From Pyrodictium occultum (lineage in GTDB: Archaea > Thermoproteota > Thermoprotei_A > Sulfolobales > Pyrodictiaceae), in NCBI RefSeq assembly GCF_001462395.1, contig NZ_LNTB01000001.1, positions 930,001 through 962,000 of the forward strand: 32,000 bases of DNA, written 5' to 3'. The notes under the pieces are model-generated. The model searched no databases. It was not told the DNA's origin and saw only the letters and a program-made list of their open reading frames with translations. Positions within the stretch are counted from its first letter, which is position 1. The number at the start of each line of letters is the position of its first letter. The position numbers and the translations under genes were made by a program. Shown one piece after another: positions 1-7,574 of this stretch.

Positions 1-681
1 CACGCCGGGGACGCCCCTGTCCAGGGGCTGCTGGGAAACGGCGTAGAAGGCCGGCAGCTCCCTGGGGTCCACGCCGGCGGGCGGCTTCTTGACGTACTCG
101 ACCCCGGTTATCTTGGCGGCGAAGAGGGATGAGAGGATTTCCATTATACTGCTCCCAGGCTTGAGCGAGTCCCTGTTCACCGTTGCGTAGGGCATGTCGC
201 CCTCAACAACTAGCAGCTTGGCGGTGTACGCGTAGCTGGGCCTGGGGAGCCCCAGCCGGAGCGCCACCTGGGTCTCGAAGGCGGCTGTGTAGTCGTAGCG
301 GAGGGGCCTCCAGCCGCCGGGCAGGGTCTCGTTCAGCAGCGCCCGGGCGAGCTCGCCGCTAACGTTGCCGGCCCTCACCAGTATCGCGGGGTAGACGCGC
401 AGCCCCCTAAGCCCCGCGGCCTCGGCGGTGGCATTGCAGAACCTGGTGCCGTTGGGGAGGAGCCCCGCCAGCTGCCTACTGAGCAGCTCCTGGACCACCG
501 AGGCGAGCTTCTCCTGCCCCTTCTCGTAGACGACCATCACTGCTGGGCCGCTGCCGCACGCCCGGGGCCCGGCCGCGCTGGAGGCGGCGGTTCCCCCGCC
601 CCGGTGGGTTAGGAGCAGCGCCGCGGCAGCCGCCACGGCCACCGCTACAGCTACTGCAGCGTAGAGCCTCCAGCCGCGCAT
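1..681 (-). CDS. Membrane-anchored hypothetical protein, 3' end truncated by window edge
   Basis: Not in the ORF track. Hand translation from ATG at 681..679 stays open to position 1 (227 codons): MRGWRLYAAVAVAVAVAAAAALLLTHRGG...VVYEKGQEKLASVVQELL...KLLVVEGDMPYATVNRDSLKPGS. It has an N-terminal hydrophobic anchor and codon usage typical of the window. The listed 476..691 ORF is a different frame and is R/G/P-rich. Confidence 0.5.
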   Translation of the reverse strand, partial: MRGWRLYAAVAVAVAVAAAAALLLTHRGGGTAASSAAGPRACGSGPAVMVVYEKGQEKLASVVQELLSRQLAGLLPNGTRFCNATAEAAGLRGLRVYPAILVRAGNVSGELARALLNETLPGGWRPLRYDYTAAFETQVALRLGLPRPSYAYTAKLLVVEGDMPYATVNRDSLKPGSSIMEILSSLFAAKITGVEYVKKPPAGVDPRELPAFYAVSQQPLDRGVPGV

Positions 682-796
682 ACTCCACCAATCCTCGCTG
701 CTGCCCCGTGGGGCTTGGACCCTAAATTGCGCTGCCCCATACAGCGCTCCGAGTGTGCGGCGAAACAGCGAATACCCGCAGAGACCCCCGGGGATG

Positions 797-803
797 TATA
801 TAT
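797..803 (+). promoter_or_regulatory. TATA-like box upstream of the carboxypeptidase gene
   Basis: TATATAT in an otherwise GC-rich intergenic region, about 37 nt upstream of ATG 840. Confidence 0.4.
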
Positions 804-839
804 GGAGGCCTGCTCCTGCTGGGCGAGGCGTGGGAGCTA

Positions 840-2384
840 ATGCCCGAGACAGCTTCCGAGGCGGGGACCCTGTTCCGCGACGAGACGGTCAGGAGAATCC
901 TTGGCAAGTACCGGCTGCTCTGGGCCCTGGGCCACGCCCTATCCCTCATGGGCTGGGATCTCGAGACCTACATGCCCAGGGCGGGGGTAAAGGACCGCTC
1001 CACGGCGGCCGAGGAGCTGGAGGGGCTGAGCCACCGGCTCCTGCTAGACCCCGAGCTCGACAAGCTCCTCCGCGAGGCGGAGGAGAAGCTCGATAGCCTC
1101 AACGTCTACGAGCGTGGCGTGGTGAGGGTCCTCCGCAGGGCGGTGAGGATAGCCAAGGCGGTGCCCGAGGAGCTTGCCCGCCGCGAGGCGAGGGTGACCA
1201 GCGAGGCCACCCAGGTCTGGAAGGAGGCCAAGAAGAAGGCCGACTTCAAAATGTTCAAGCCCTACCTGGAGGAGATAGTCGAGATACAGAGGAGGAAGGC
1301 AGAGCTGCTCGGCTATGAGGACCACCCCTACGACGCTCTCCTCGACCTCTACGAGGAGGGGCTGAGGGTCCGCCACCTGGACCCGCTCTTCAACGAGCTG
1401 GTGCCGGCGACCAGGAGGATACTCGACCGCGTCCTAACCGGCGGCTTCTACCCCAGCCGCCACCCGCTCGAGGACCAGGGGTACGACGTGGAACGGGCCA
1501 GGGCGATGCTCCGCCGCCTCCTGGACGACCTGGGCTGGCCCTGGGACCGGGGGAGGCTGGACGAGTCCGCTCACCCCTTCACAATAGACATGGGCATAGA
1601 TGATGTAAGGATAACAGTCCGCTACGAGGGCCGCGACATCAAGAGGGCTGTCTACAGCCTCGTCCACGAGTACGGCCACGCCCTCTACCAGCTCCAGATA
1701 GACCGGAGGCTGGCCTACACCCCGATAGGGACGGGGGTGAGCATGGGTGTCCACGAGAGCCAGTCGAGGTTCTGGGAGAACGTGGTCGGCCGCGGCCCCT
1801 GGTTCATGGGGCTCCTCTCGAAGAGGCTCGCCGAGCACCTGGGGCTCCGGCTAGAGCCGCTGGAGCTGTACCGCTACGTGAACACCGTCCGCCCAGACCT
1901 CATAAGGGTTGACGCCGACGAGGTGACCTACAACCTCCACATCTACCTCCGCTACATCCTGGAGAAGAAGCTTATAGAGGGCAGCGTGATGGTGGACGAG
2001 CTCCCCCAGGCCTGGGACGATATGATGGAGGACCTGCTGGGGGTGAGGCCAAGGAGCCCGAGCGAGGGCGTGCTCCAGGACATACACTGGAGCCACGGGA
2101 GCTTCGGCTACTTCCCCACCTACACGCTAGGCAACGTGATAGCGGCTATGATATGGAGGAGGTTGTGGAGCGGGAGCCCCGAGCTACTGACCGGGCTGGA
2201 CCTGGCGGGGCTCCGCGCCTGGCTGGGCGAGAGGATACACCGCTGGGGCGCCACCTTCCCGCCGCTGGAGCTGGTGGAGAGGAGCCTCGGAGGGAAGCCC
2301 TCGGCGGCTGCGCTGGTGGAGTACCTGGAGTGGAAGTTCCTCCGCCTCCCCGGCGAGCTGGAGGAGTACCTGCCGCGGGGCTAG
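840..2384 (+). CDS. M32 family carboxypeptidase (carboxypeptidase Taq-like, zinc metallopeptidase)
   Basis: HEYGHALY (HExxH), HPFT, DVRIT, IRVDADEVTYNLHI and LQDIHWS motifs typical of M32. I prefer ATG 840 (MPETASEAG...) to the GTG at 753 because the TATA-like box lies inside the 753 extension. Confidence 0.9.
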   Translation: MPETASEAGTLFRDETVRRILGKYRLLWALGHALSLMGWDLETYMPRAGVKDRSTAAEELEGLSHRLLLDPELDKLLREAEEKLDSLNVYERGVVRVLRRAVRIAKAVPEELARREARVTSEATQVWKEAKKKADFKMFKPYLEEIVEIQRRKAELLGYEDHPYDALLDLYEEGLRVRHLDPLFNELVPATRRILDRVLTGGFYPSRHPLEDQGYDVERARAMLRRLLDDLGWPWDRGRLDESAHPFTIDMGIDDVRITVRYEGRDIKRAVYSLVHEYGHALYQLQIDRRLAYTPIGTGVSMGVHESQSRFWENVVGRGPWFMGLLSKRLAEHLGLRLEPLELYRYVNTVRPDLIRVDADEVTYNLHIYLRYILEKKLIEGSVMVDELPQAWDDMMEDLLGVRPRSPSEGVLQDIHWSHGSFGYFPTYTLGNVIAAMIWRRLWSGSPELLTGLDLAGLRAWLGERIHRWGATFPPLELVERSLGGKPSAAALVEYLEWKFLRLPGELEEYLPRG

Positions 2385-2638
2385 GGGCCCCTGCCCCCAT
2401 CCTCTCTCCTCTTCAGCTCCAGCAGCTTCTCCACATCCCCCCTGCGGAAGTAGAAGTAGTAGCCCTCCGGGGCCTCCACCAGTATCTCCTCGAAGCCCAT
2501 GAGGTCCTCGAGCAGCTCCGCCGGGAGGTCGGCGAGGCTGAAGCCCCTGCCGGCGCGTATATGGAGCCTCCCATCCTCGACCCGGGCGTCGAGGCCGCTC
2601 GCCCGGAGCCTCTCCAGGGCCTCTCCGCGGGCCGCCAC
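2381..2638 (-). CDS. Small hypothetical protein (85 aa)
   Basis: ORF with balanced, non-low-complexity composition (…LHIRAGRGFSLADLPAELLEDLMGFEEILVEAPEGYYFYFRRGDVEKLLELK…). It lies directly downstream of and co-oriented with the DUF62 gene. No family recognised. Confidence 0.45.
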   Translation of the reverse strand: MAARGEALERLRASGLDARVEDGRLHIRAGRGFSLADLPAELLEDLMGFEEILVEAPEGYYFYFRRGDVEKLLELKRREDGGRGP

Positions 2639-2712
2639 GGCTAGGCGCCTCCGGGCCTCCTACTCCTGCCCCGCGGGGGTTCTCCTCACTCTCGCCCCCG
2701 GCCCCGGGGGGC

Positions 2713-3537
2713 CTACCCGCGGGGCCCGGCGGGGCGCAGCCCTAGGCTAGAGCCCGGGGCGAGCCCCAGCTCCCTGGCGGCGTTGCCGAGGTTCACCGCC
2801 AGCTCGGGGAACCCGAGGCTGTTCATGTAGAACACCAGCTCGCCGGGCTCGGCCTGGCTGAAGACGGGGAGGCAGCGGGCCTTCCTCCTCCCCCTGGCCT
2901 CCACCTCCACCTCCCCGTGGCGGCAGAGCATGTTCAAGCACTCCTCCGTGAGGCCTAGGGCCGCGTTGCCGAACCTGTCTATGTAGACTACCATGGCCTC
3001 TACCTCCTCCTCGTCGCCCCTGCAGCTCCTGCGGAGGCTGAGCCTCCTCAGCGAGCCCGGGTCCAGGGGCTCGCCGAGCGCCTCGATGCCCCCGCCGAGG
3101 GCTAGGTGGGCGGCGGCGGGGGCGAATATGTCGCGGCCGTGGAAGCTGCGGGACACGGGCTTAATGTAGACCGCCTCGTTGCTTATCATGTGAACCCTCA
3201 CTATCCCGTCCTCGGAGGCGGCCGGGTAGAGGAGCCCGTTGTCGGGGCCGATGAAGTAGTAGCTACGGGTCTCTATAGCCACGGGCTTCCTCTCGGTCCC
3301 AACCCCCGGGTCGACCACGGCCAGGAACACCGTGCCCGGGGGGAAGTAGCGGTAGCTCGTGTATAGCACATACGCGCCCGCCAGGATGCTGAAGGCCTCC
3401 ACCTCGTGCGTTATATCCACCACCCTCACCCGCCCCGCGCCGAGCCTCTCGATGACAGCCTTCACGATCCCGACGTAGGGGTCGCTGAGCCCGAAGTCAG
3501 TCATGAAAGCTACCAGGCCACGGCCGGGCGGAGCCAT
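2713..3537 (-). CDS. S-adenosyl-L-methionine hydroxide adenosyltransferase (SAM hydrolase, DUF62 family)
   Basis: FMTDFGLSDPYVGIVKAVI, VVDITHEV, FLAVVDPGVGTERKP and YYFIGPDNGLL are DUF62/fluorinase-like signatures. Start placed at ATG 3537 (MAPPGRGLVAFMTDFG); the track start at 3615 adds a low-complexity leader. Confidence 0.85.
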   Translation of the reverse strand: MAPPGRGLVAFMTDFGLSDPYVGIVKAVIERLGAGRVRVVDITHEVEAFSILAGAYVLYTSYRYFPPGTVFLAVVDPGVGTERKPVAIETRSYYFIGPDNGLLYPAASEDGIVRVHMISNEAVYIKPVSRSFHGRDIFAPAAAHLALGGGIEALGEPLDPGSLRRLSLRRSCRGDEEEVEAMVVYIDRFGNAALGLTEECLNMLCRHGEVEVEARGRRKARCLPVFSQAEPGELVFYMNSLGFPELAVNLGNAARELGLAPGSSLGLRPAGPRG

Positions 3538-3739
3538 GCCCGGGCAGCACCCCAGCCGCCCCCCGCGCCCCGGCGTTATTGACACTGGCTCCCGGGGGGC
3601 TCTCTCCGCATCCACCGCAGAGCAGCGGCAGCATGCCCCGGGGGCTCGGCAAGGCCAGGACTCCTCACCACCCCTCCCTCCGAGGGGCTCGGGAGGTAGC
3701 CAAAGGGAGGCGGCCTCACGGCCCCCGGGGCCCCGGGGG

Positions 3740-4726
3740 CTAGTACCACCAGGTGTTTAGGAACCTATGCTCCTCCACAGGCTCCTCCACGCCTAGGCCC
3801 ACGGGGCACACGCCGCGGAGGATGCAGCCTCCCCCCTCGCACGCGGGGTGGCCGCTGCAGCCCCTGCACCTCGGCCTCCCGTGGACGCAGACCCTCCTCC
3901 CCATGGTCCAGAGCACGTCGTCGAGGATGAAGTCGTCAACGCTGATCCTCTCCGCCACCAGGTGCCAGGCCTCCCGGACGGCGATGCGGATGAGAACGTC
4001 CTCCCAGGGCGTGGTCTCCCGGCCTCCGCGTATCTTCTCGAGGAGGCGGGGCTCCGGCCTCACGAGGCCGAGGCGGAGAGCTATCCTGGCCACGTGGTTG
4101 TCAACCGGCACCCTCTTGTCCCACGGGTCCCTTATCTCCAGCAGCCCCCTCCTCTCCAGGAACTTCGCCAGGAGCATCGGCTTCTTCTCCACCGGGTCCC
4201 CGTAGGCCTCGAACACCCGGAGCCTCTCCACCAGCCCCGGGCTCGAGGGGTCCCAGCTGTGGAGCAGCCCCCGCGACTCCTCGAGGAGCCTGAGAGCGCT
4301 CCCGCCGTAGAGCGCCTCCAGCTTCGAGCCCAGGTCCCGGAGCAGCGCCGCCCTCACCCCGGGGTCGGGCGGGCACACGCCGCCCACGCACAGCCACTCC
4401 TCAACGTCCCTGGCGGTGATCCCTGCAAGCCTCCGGGGGCTGAAGAAGCCAGGATCCTCGTCCAGCCTGAGGCGGCCAAGCCTGTATAGGAGGTCCGCCC
4501 CGTGCAGCCTCTCCCCCCTGACCACGGCCTCGTAGGGCCTCCCGGGCCTCGAGAGCCGGTGGTCTATGGCCACCATTACGAGGAAGTAGCGGGCCACGGT
4601 CTCCGGGTCCTCGCCCGCCGGGGGGTAGAACCGGGGGTCGGTGAAGGAGTCGGGCCGGTAGCGCTCCAGCGCGGGGCGCAGCGCCTCCCCCACCCTGGCG
4701 GCCTGCACAGCGTCAACGAGCACCAC
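3740..4726 (-). CDS. HhH-GPD superfamily DNA glycosylase-like protein with EndoIII-type [4Fe-4S] cluster loop
   Basis: VPVDNHVARIALRLGLV matches the HhH motif of EndoIII/MutY (VDtHV.R...RLG). C-terminal CVHGRPRCRGCSGHPAC is C-X6-C-X2-C-X5-C. Start placed at GTG 4726, preceded by GGAGGGTG; the track start at 4810 would overlap the upstream gene by 61 nt. Confidence 0.6.
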   Translation of the reverse strand: MVLVDAVQAARVGEALRPALERYRPDSFTDPRFYPPAGEDPETVARYFLVMVAIDHRLSRPGRPYEAVVRGERLHGADLLYRLGRLRLDEDPGFFSPRRLAGITARDVEEWLCVGGVCPPDPGVRAALLRDLGSKLEALYGGSALRLLEESRGLLHSWDPSSPGLVERLRVFEAYGDPVEKKPMLLAKFLERRGLLEIRDPWDKRVPVDNHVARIALRLGLVRPEPRLLEKIRGGRETTPWEDVLIRIAVREAWHLVAERISVDDFILDDVLWTMGRRVCVHGRPRCRGCSGHPACEGGGCILRGVCPVGLGVEEPVEEHRFLNTWWY

Positions 4727-4749
4727 GGCGGCACCCTCCCCCCGCGGGG

Positions 4750-5481
4750 CTACCCTATCTCGAGCATGGCGAGGGCCTCGGGGACGAGGCCCGCCAGGCG
4801 GCGGCGCCACTCGCTCCCCAGGGCTATCAGCACCACCGCGGCCACGGGCTCCGCGCCGGCCCGGATTACTATCTTGGCCAGCGCCTCCAGGGTGGCGCCC
4901 GTCCTAGCCAGGTCGTCCACGAGGAGCACCCTGTCGCCCCGCTGTAGGCTCCCCTCGGGGGCGTAGAACACCTTCACGCTGAACGGGGGCTCCCCCGCCT
5001 CGCCCCGGATGTAGCCCCGGTAGGGGTTCTCCCTGCTCCTCCTGGCCAGCACCAGGTCGGCCCCGAGCCCCAGGGCTATCGCGGTCGCCAGCGGGACCCC
5101 CGCGGTCTCGGCGGCCAGCACCTTGCCGGCCCTGCCCCGGTACCGGTGGGACGCCCAGAGGGAGGCCAGCCGGAGCACCAGGGGGTCCAGCACAAGCTCC
5201 TGGGTGTCCACCATGCCCTTGGCCCCGCGTATCCTCTCCCCCAGCAGCCTGCCCGGGGGAAGCCTCTCCAGCACCCTCTCCACTATCGCCCTCGCCTGCC
5301 CCGTGCTCGGCACCCTGGAGCCCGAGACGTAGTGGGAGAGGGCCCCGCGGGGCACCCCGGTTATCTCCTCCAGCTCCCTCAGGCTCCACCAGCGGCGGAG
5401 GAGGCGGAGGAGCTCCACCGCCTCCAGCCGGAGCCTCAGCTCCCCGGCCCTGTCCCCCGGCGCCACGGCTGGGGCCTCCAC
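4750..5481 (-). CDS. HTH domain plus phosphoribosyltransferase-domain protein (GfcR/PurR-like regulator architecture)
   Basis: N-terminal HTH-like segment (LRELEEITGVPRGALSHYVSGSRVPS). C-terminal type I PRT signature (RVLLVDDLARTGATLEAL) with the preceding VLAAETAGVPLATAIA. Confidence 0.75.
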   Translation of the reverse strand: MEAPAVAPGDRAGELRLRLEAVELLRLLRRWWSLRELEEITGVPRGALSHYVSGSRVPSTGQARAIVERVLERLPPGRLLGERIRGAKGMVDTQELVLDPLVLRLASLWASHRYRGRAGKVLAAETAGVPLATAIALGLGADLVLARRSRENPYRGYIRGEAGEPPFSVKVFYAPEGSLQRGDRVLLVDDLARTGATLEALAKIVIRAGAEPVAAVVLIALGSEWRRRLAGLVPEALAMLEIG

Positions 5482-5518
5482 GCCCTCCGGCGCCTCCTCG
5501 GGGCAGCGGCTTTTCAGG

Positions 5519-6340
5519 CTATATCTCCCCCGGCCCCCGGGGCGCCGGGGAGGCCCCCTGGAGCAGGGTGTCGAGCAGCAGCATCACCGCGAAGCCTAGG
5601 AAGAAGCCCAGGGTCGCCAGGTCCTCGTGGCCGCTGCGGTGGCTCTCCGGTATAGCCTCGTGGCTGACCACGTACATCATAGCCCCGGCCCCGAAGCCCA
5701 GGAGCTCGGGGAGATGGTTGGCGGCGAGGCTCCCGAGCATGGACGTCGGCACGGCCATGGCCGTCTCGCTCAGCCCGCTGAGGACGCTCACTCCAAGCGC
5801 GGTGAGCCTCTTCCCGGAGGCGGCCAGGATGGGCATGGCTACCGCGAGGCCCTCCGGCACGTCCTGCAGCGCTATGGCGAGGCCGGTGGCTACGCCCTTG
5901 GCGATGCTGTAGGCGGAGGCAGCCCCTATAGCCATGCCCTCCGGCAGGTTGTGGATAAGTATGGCCAGCGCCACCAGCCAGGCGGCGCGCAGCTTCCTCC
6001 CCCACTCCGGCCCCTCATACCTGCCTATCAGCGCGTGCTCGTGGGGGAGGACGCGGTTCAGCACTGCTACGGCGATGGCGCCAGCGGCGAAGCCGAGGAG
6101 GGGCCTCCACGGGCTCCCGGCCAGATCTATCGCCGGTATCAGCAGGCTGGTGAAGCTAGCAACGGTCATAACCCCGCTGCTGAACCCCAGCCCCACATCC
6201 AGGTCCCTGGGGTTCAGCCCCCGGCGGCTCAGGGGCAGAGCCAGCACCCCTCCAATGCTCGTGAAGGCCGCCGCCACCAGCCCCATTACAAGCGCCGTCT
6301 CCACCGGGCCGCCCTCCCAGCCCGCCAGCAGGCCCTCCAA
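5519..6340 (-). CDS. ZIP family divalent metal transporter (ZupT-like)
   Basis: Multi-pass hydrophobic protein with the paired ZIP motifs HNLPEGMAIG and LQDVPEGLAVA. Confidence 0.85.
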   Translation of the reverse strand: MEGLLAGWEGGPVETALVMGLVAAAFTSIGGVLALPLSRRGLNPRDLDVGLGFSSGVMTVASFTSLLIPAIDLAGSPWRPLLGFAAGAIAVAVLNRVLPHEHALIGRYEGPEWGRKLRAAWLVALAILIHNLPEGMAIGAASAYSIAKGVATGLAIALQDVPEGLAVAMPILAASGKRLTALGVSVLSGLSETAMAVPTSMLGSLAANHLPELLGFGAGAMMYVVSHEAIPESHRSGHEDLATLGFFLGFAVMLLLDTLLQGASPAPRGPGEI

Positions 6341-6350
6341 GCCCTCTAGC

Positions 6351-6388
6351 CCCCCGGCCGGCTAGGCTCTGCGGCGGCCGGCCGGGGG
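6351..6388. promoter_or_regulatory. Perfect 12-bp inverted repeat in the divergent ZIP/MBL intergenic region
   Basis: CCCCCGGCCGGC (6351-6362) and its exact reverse complement GCCGGCCGGGGG (6377-6388), with a 14-nt spacer. It lies between the ZIP start (6340) and the MBL start (6399). Confidence 0.35.
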
Positions 6389-6398
6389 CTCTAAAGCG

Positions 6399-7193
6399 GT
6401 GCCCGGTGCACCAAGCCCGCCCTCCCCGGGGGAGAGGGTGCACGTGGTCTTCCTGGGCACGGGCGGGAGCGGGGCGCCGCCGGGCAGGGCGGAGAACTGC
6501 ATCCTGGCCGAGGCCGGCGGGGTGGCTGTGCTCCTCGACGCCGGGCCGGGCTGCAGCCAGCGCCTCCTCGAGGCAGGCTACACCGTCTGCGACATCAGCT
6601 ACGTCTACATCAGCCACCTCCACCTCGACCACTGGTCCGGGCTCTTCGACCTAGCCGTCCAGGCCTCGGAGCAGGCCTGCAGGCCCCCAGCCCTGCTAGC
6701 CGCAGGCCCCGTGGCGGCCGAGGCGAGGGAGGTGCTGCTGCCCAGGATGCCGGGCAGCTTCCGCGAGAAGGCCCGGCTGGAGGCGGTGGAGCCCGGCGGC
6801 AGCCTGGAGCTGGGCGGCCTCGCGCTGGAGCCCGTCGAGGCCCGCCACACGGTGCCCTGCTACGGCGCCCTCCTCCGGGAGGAGGGCGGCGCAGCCCTCT
6901 ACTACAGCGCCGACACGGCCCCCTCCAGGGCGGTGGAGGAGGCCGCCGGGAAGGCAGACCTGGCAGCAGTGGAGGCAACGATGCCCAGCAGCCTGGCCGA
7001 GGTGGCGGCGGCCACCGGGCACCACACTGTCGAGCAGGCGCTGGCCCACCGGAGGTACATGAAGCCGGGCAGCATCCTAGCCCTAGTCCACCTCACCGGG
7101 AGCAGCCTGGGGGAGCTGAGGGAGAGGGCTAGGAGGGGCAAGCTGCCGCGGGGCGTGCTGGTCCCCTCCGACGGGCTCGCAGCCCGGATCTAG
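6399..7193 (+). CDS. Metallo-beta-lactamase fold hydrolase (RNase Z/ElaC-like)
   Basis: VVFLGTGGS...ENCILAEAGG.AVLLDAGPG followed by SHLHLDHWSG (HxHxDH). Length is about 260 aa. Confidence 0.75.
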   Translation: MPGAPSPPSPGERVHVVFLGTGGSGAPPGRAENCILAEAGGVAVLLDAGPGCSQRLLEAGYTVCDISYVYISHLHLDHWSGLFDLAVQASEQACRPPALLAAGPVAAEAREVLLPRMPGSFREKARLEAVEPGGSLELGGLALEPVEARHTVPCYGALLREEGGAALYYSADTAPSRAVEEAAGKADLAAVEATMPSSLAEVAAATGHHTVEQALAHRRYMKPGSILALVHLTGSSLGELRERARRGKLPRGVLVPSDGLAARI

Positions 7194-7515
7194 GCAGCCC
7201 CGCCAGGCCTCTTAGGGGCCCTCATCCCGGTCAAAACCCGGCCTACCATGGACTCCAGCCCCTCTATCGGGGGCCGCTAGCCCCGCCACGAGGGTTCACG
7301 GGGTCCCGCCCCCGGGGCTGTGCAGCTGGTCACGCACCCCCACGCAGTAGACGCGGCTCAGCGCCGTGAAGCCTGCTATGAGCCGGTCCAGGGGCTTGCC
7401 CCGAGCCTGGAGCCGTGGAGAGCCTCCATCACTGTTGTGCTGCACCATGTTTTCCGTGGTATGCGTGGAGCCCCCGGGGGTCCCCGCGGGGGAGCGCAGA
7501 GCGGCCCATCCCCCA

Positions 7516-7537
7516 TCAAAAAACATTATTATTAGTA
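7516..7537. promoter_or_regulatory. AT-rich core-promoter block (TATA-like on both strands)
   Basis: TCAAAAAACATTATTATTAGTA is the only strongly AT-rich stretch in the 381-nt gap. It lies about 45 nt upstream of the TTG start at 7575. Read on the minus strand it gives TAATAATAATG followed by T6. Confidence 0.4.
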
Positions 7538-7574
7538 TCGCCTCCGCCCCCGATGAGGATGGAGGCGCGCCCAC

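Noticed and set aside
753-839. Upstream GTG start (753) for the carboxypeptidase, and the overlapping 755..1096 ORF.
   Set aside because: The extension contains the only TATA-like element of the intergenic region and has no similarity to M32 N-termini. ATG 840 gives a typical N-terminus.
476-949. Track ORFs 476..691 (-) and 722..949 (-).
   Set aside because: 476..691 is out of frame with the better-supported membrane-protein ORF starting at 681 and is R/G-rich. 722..949 lies antisense over the carboxypeptidase promoter and start and is S/R/P-rich.
7200-7510. Possible SRP (7S) RNA or RNase P RNA in the 381-nt gap.
   Set aside because: I looked on both strands for helix-8-type CCAGG…GNRA…GGAGCA, the Alu-domain UGUAA, and RNase P CR-I (GGAAAGUCC). 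None was found. A partial CR-V-like UCAAAACCCGGCCUAC at 7231-7246 (plus strand) would place the rest of an RNase P RNA inside the MBL coding region. The region is kept only as an unclassified structured-RNA candidate.
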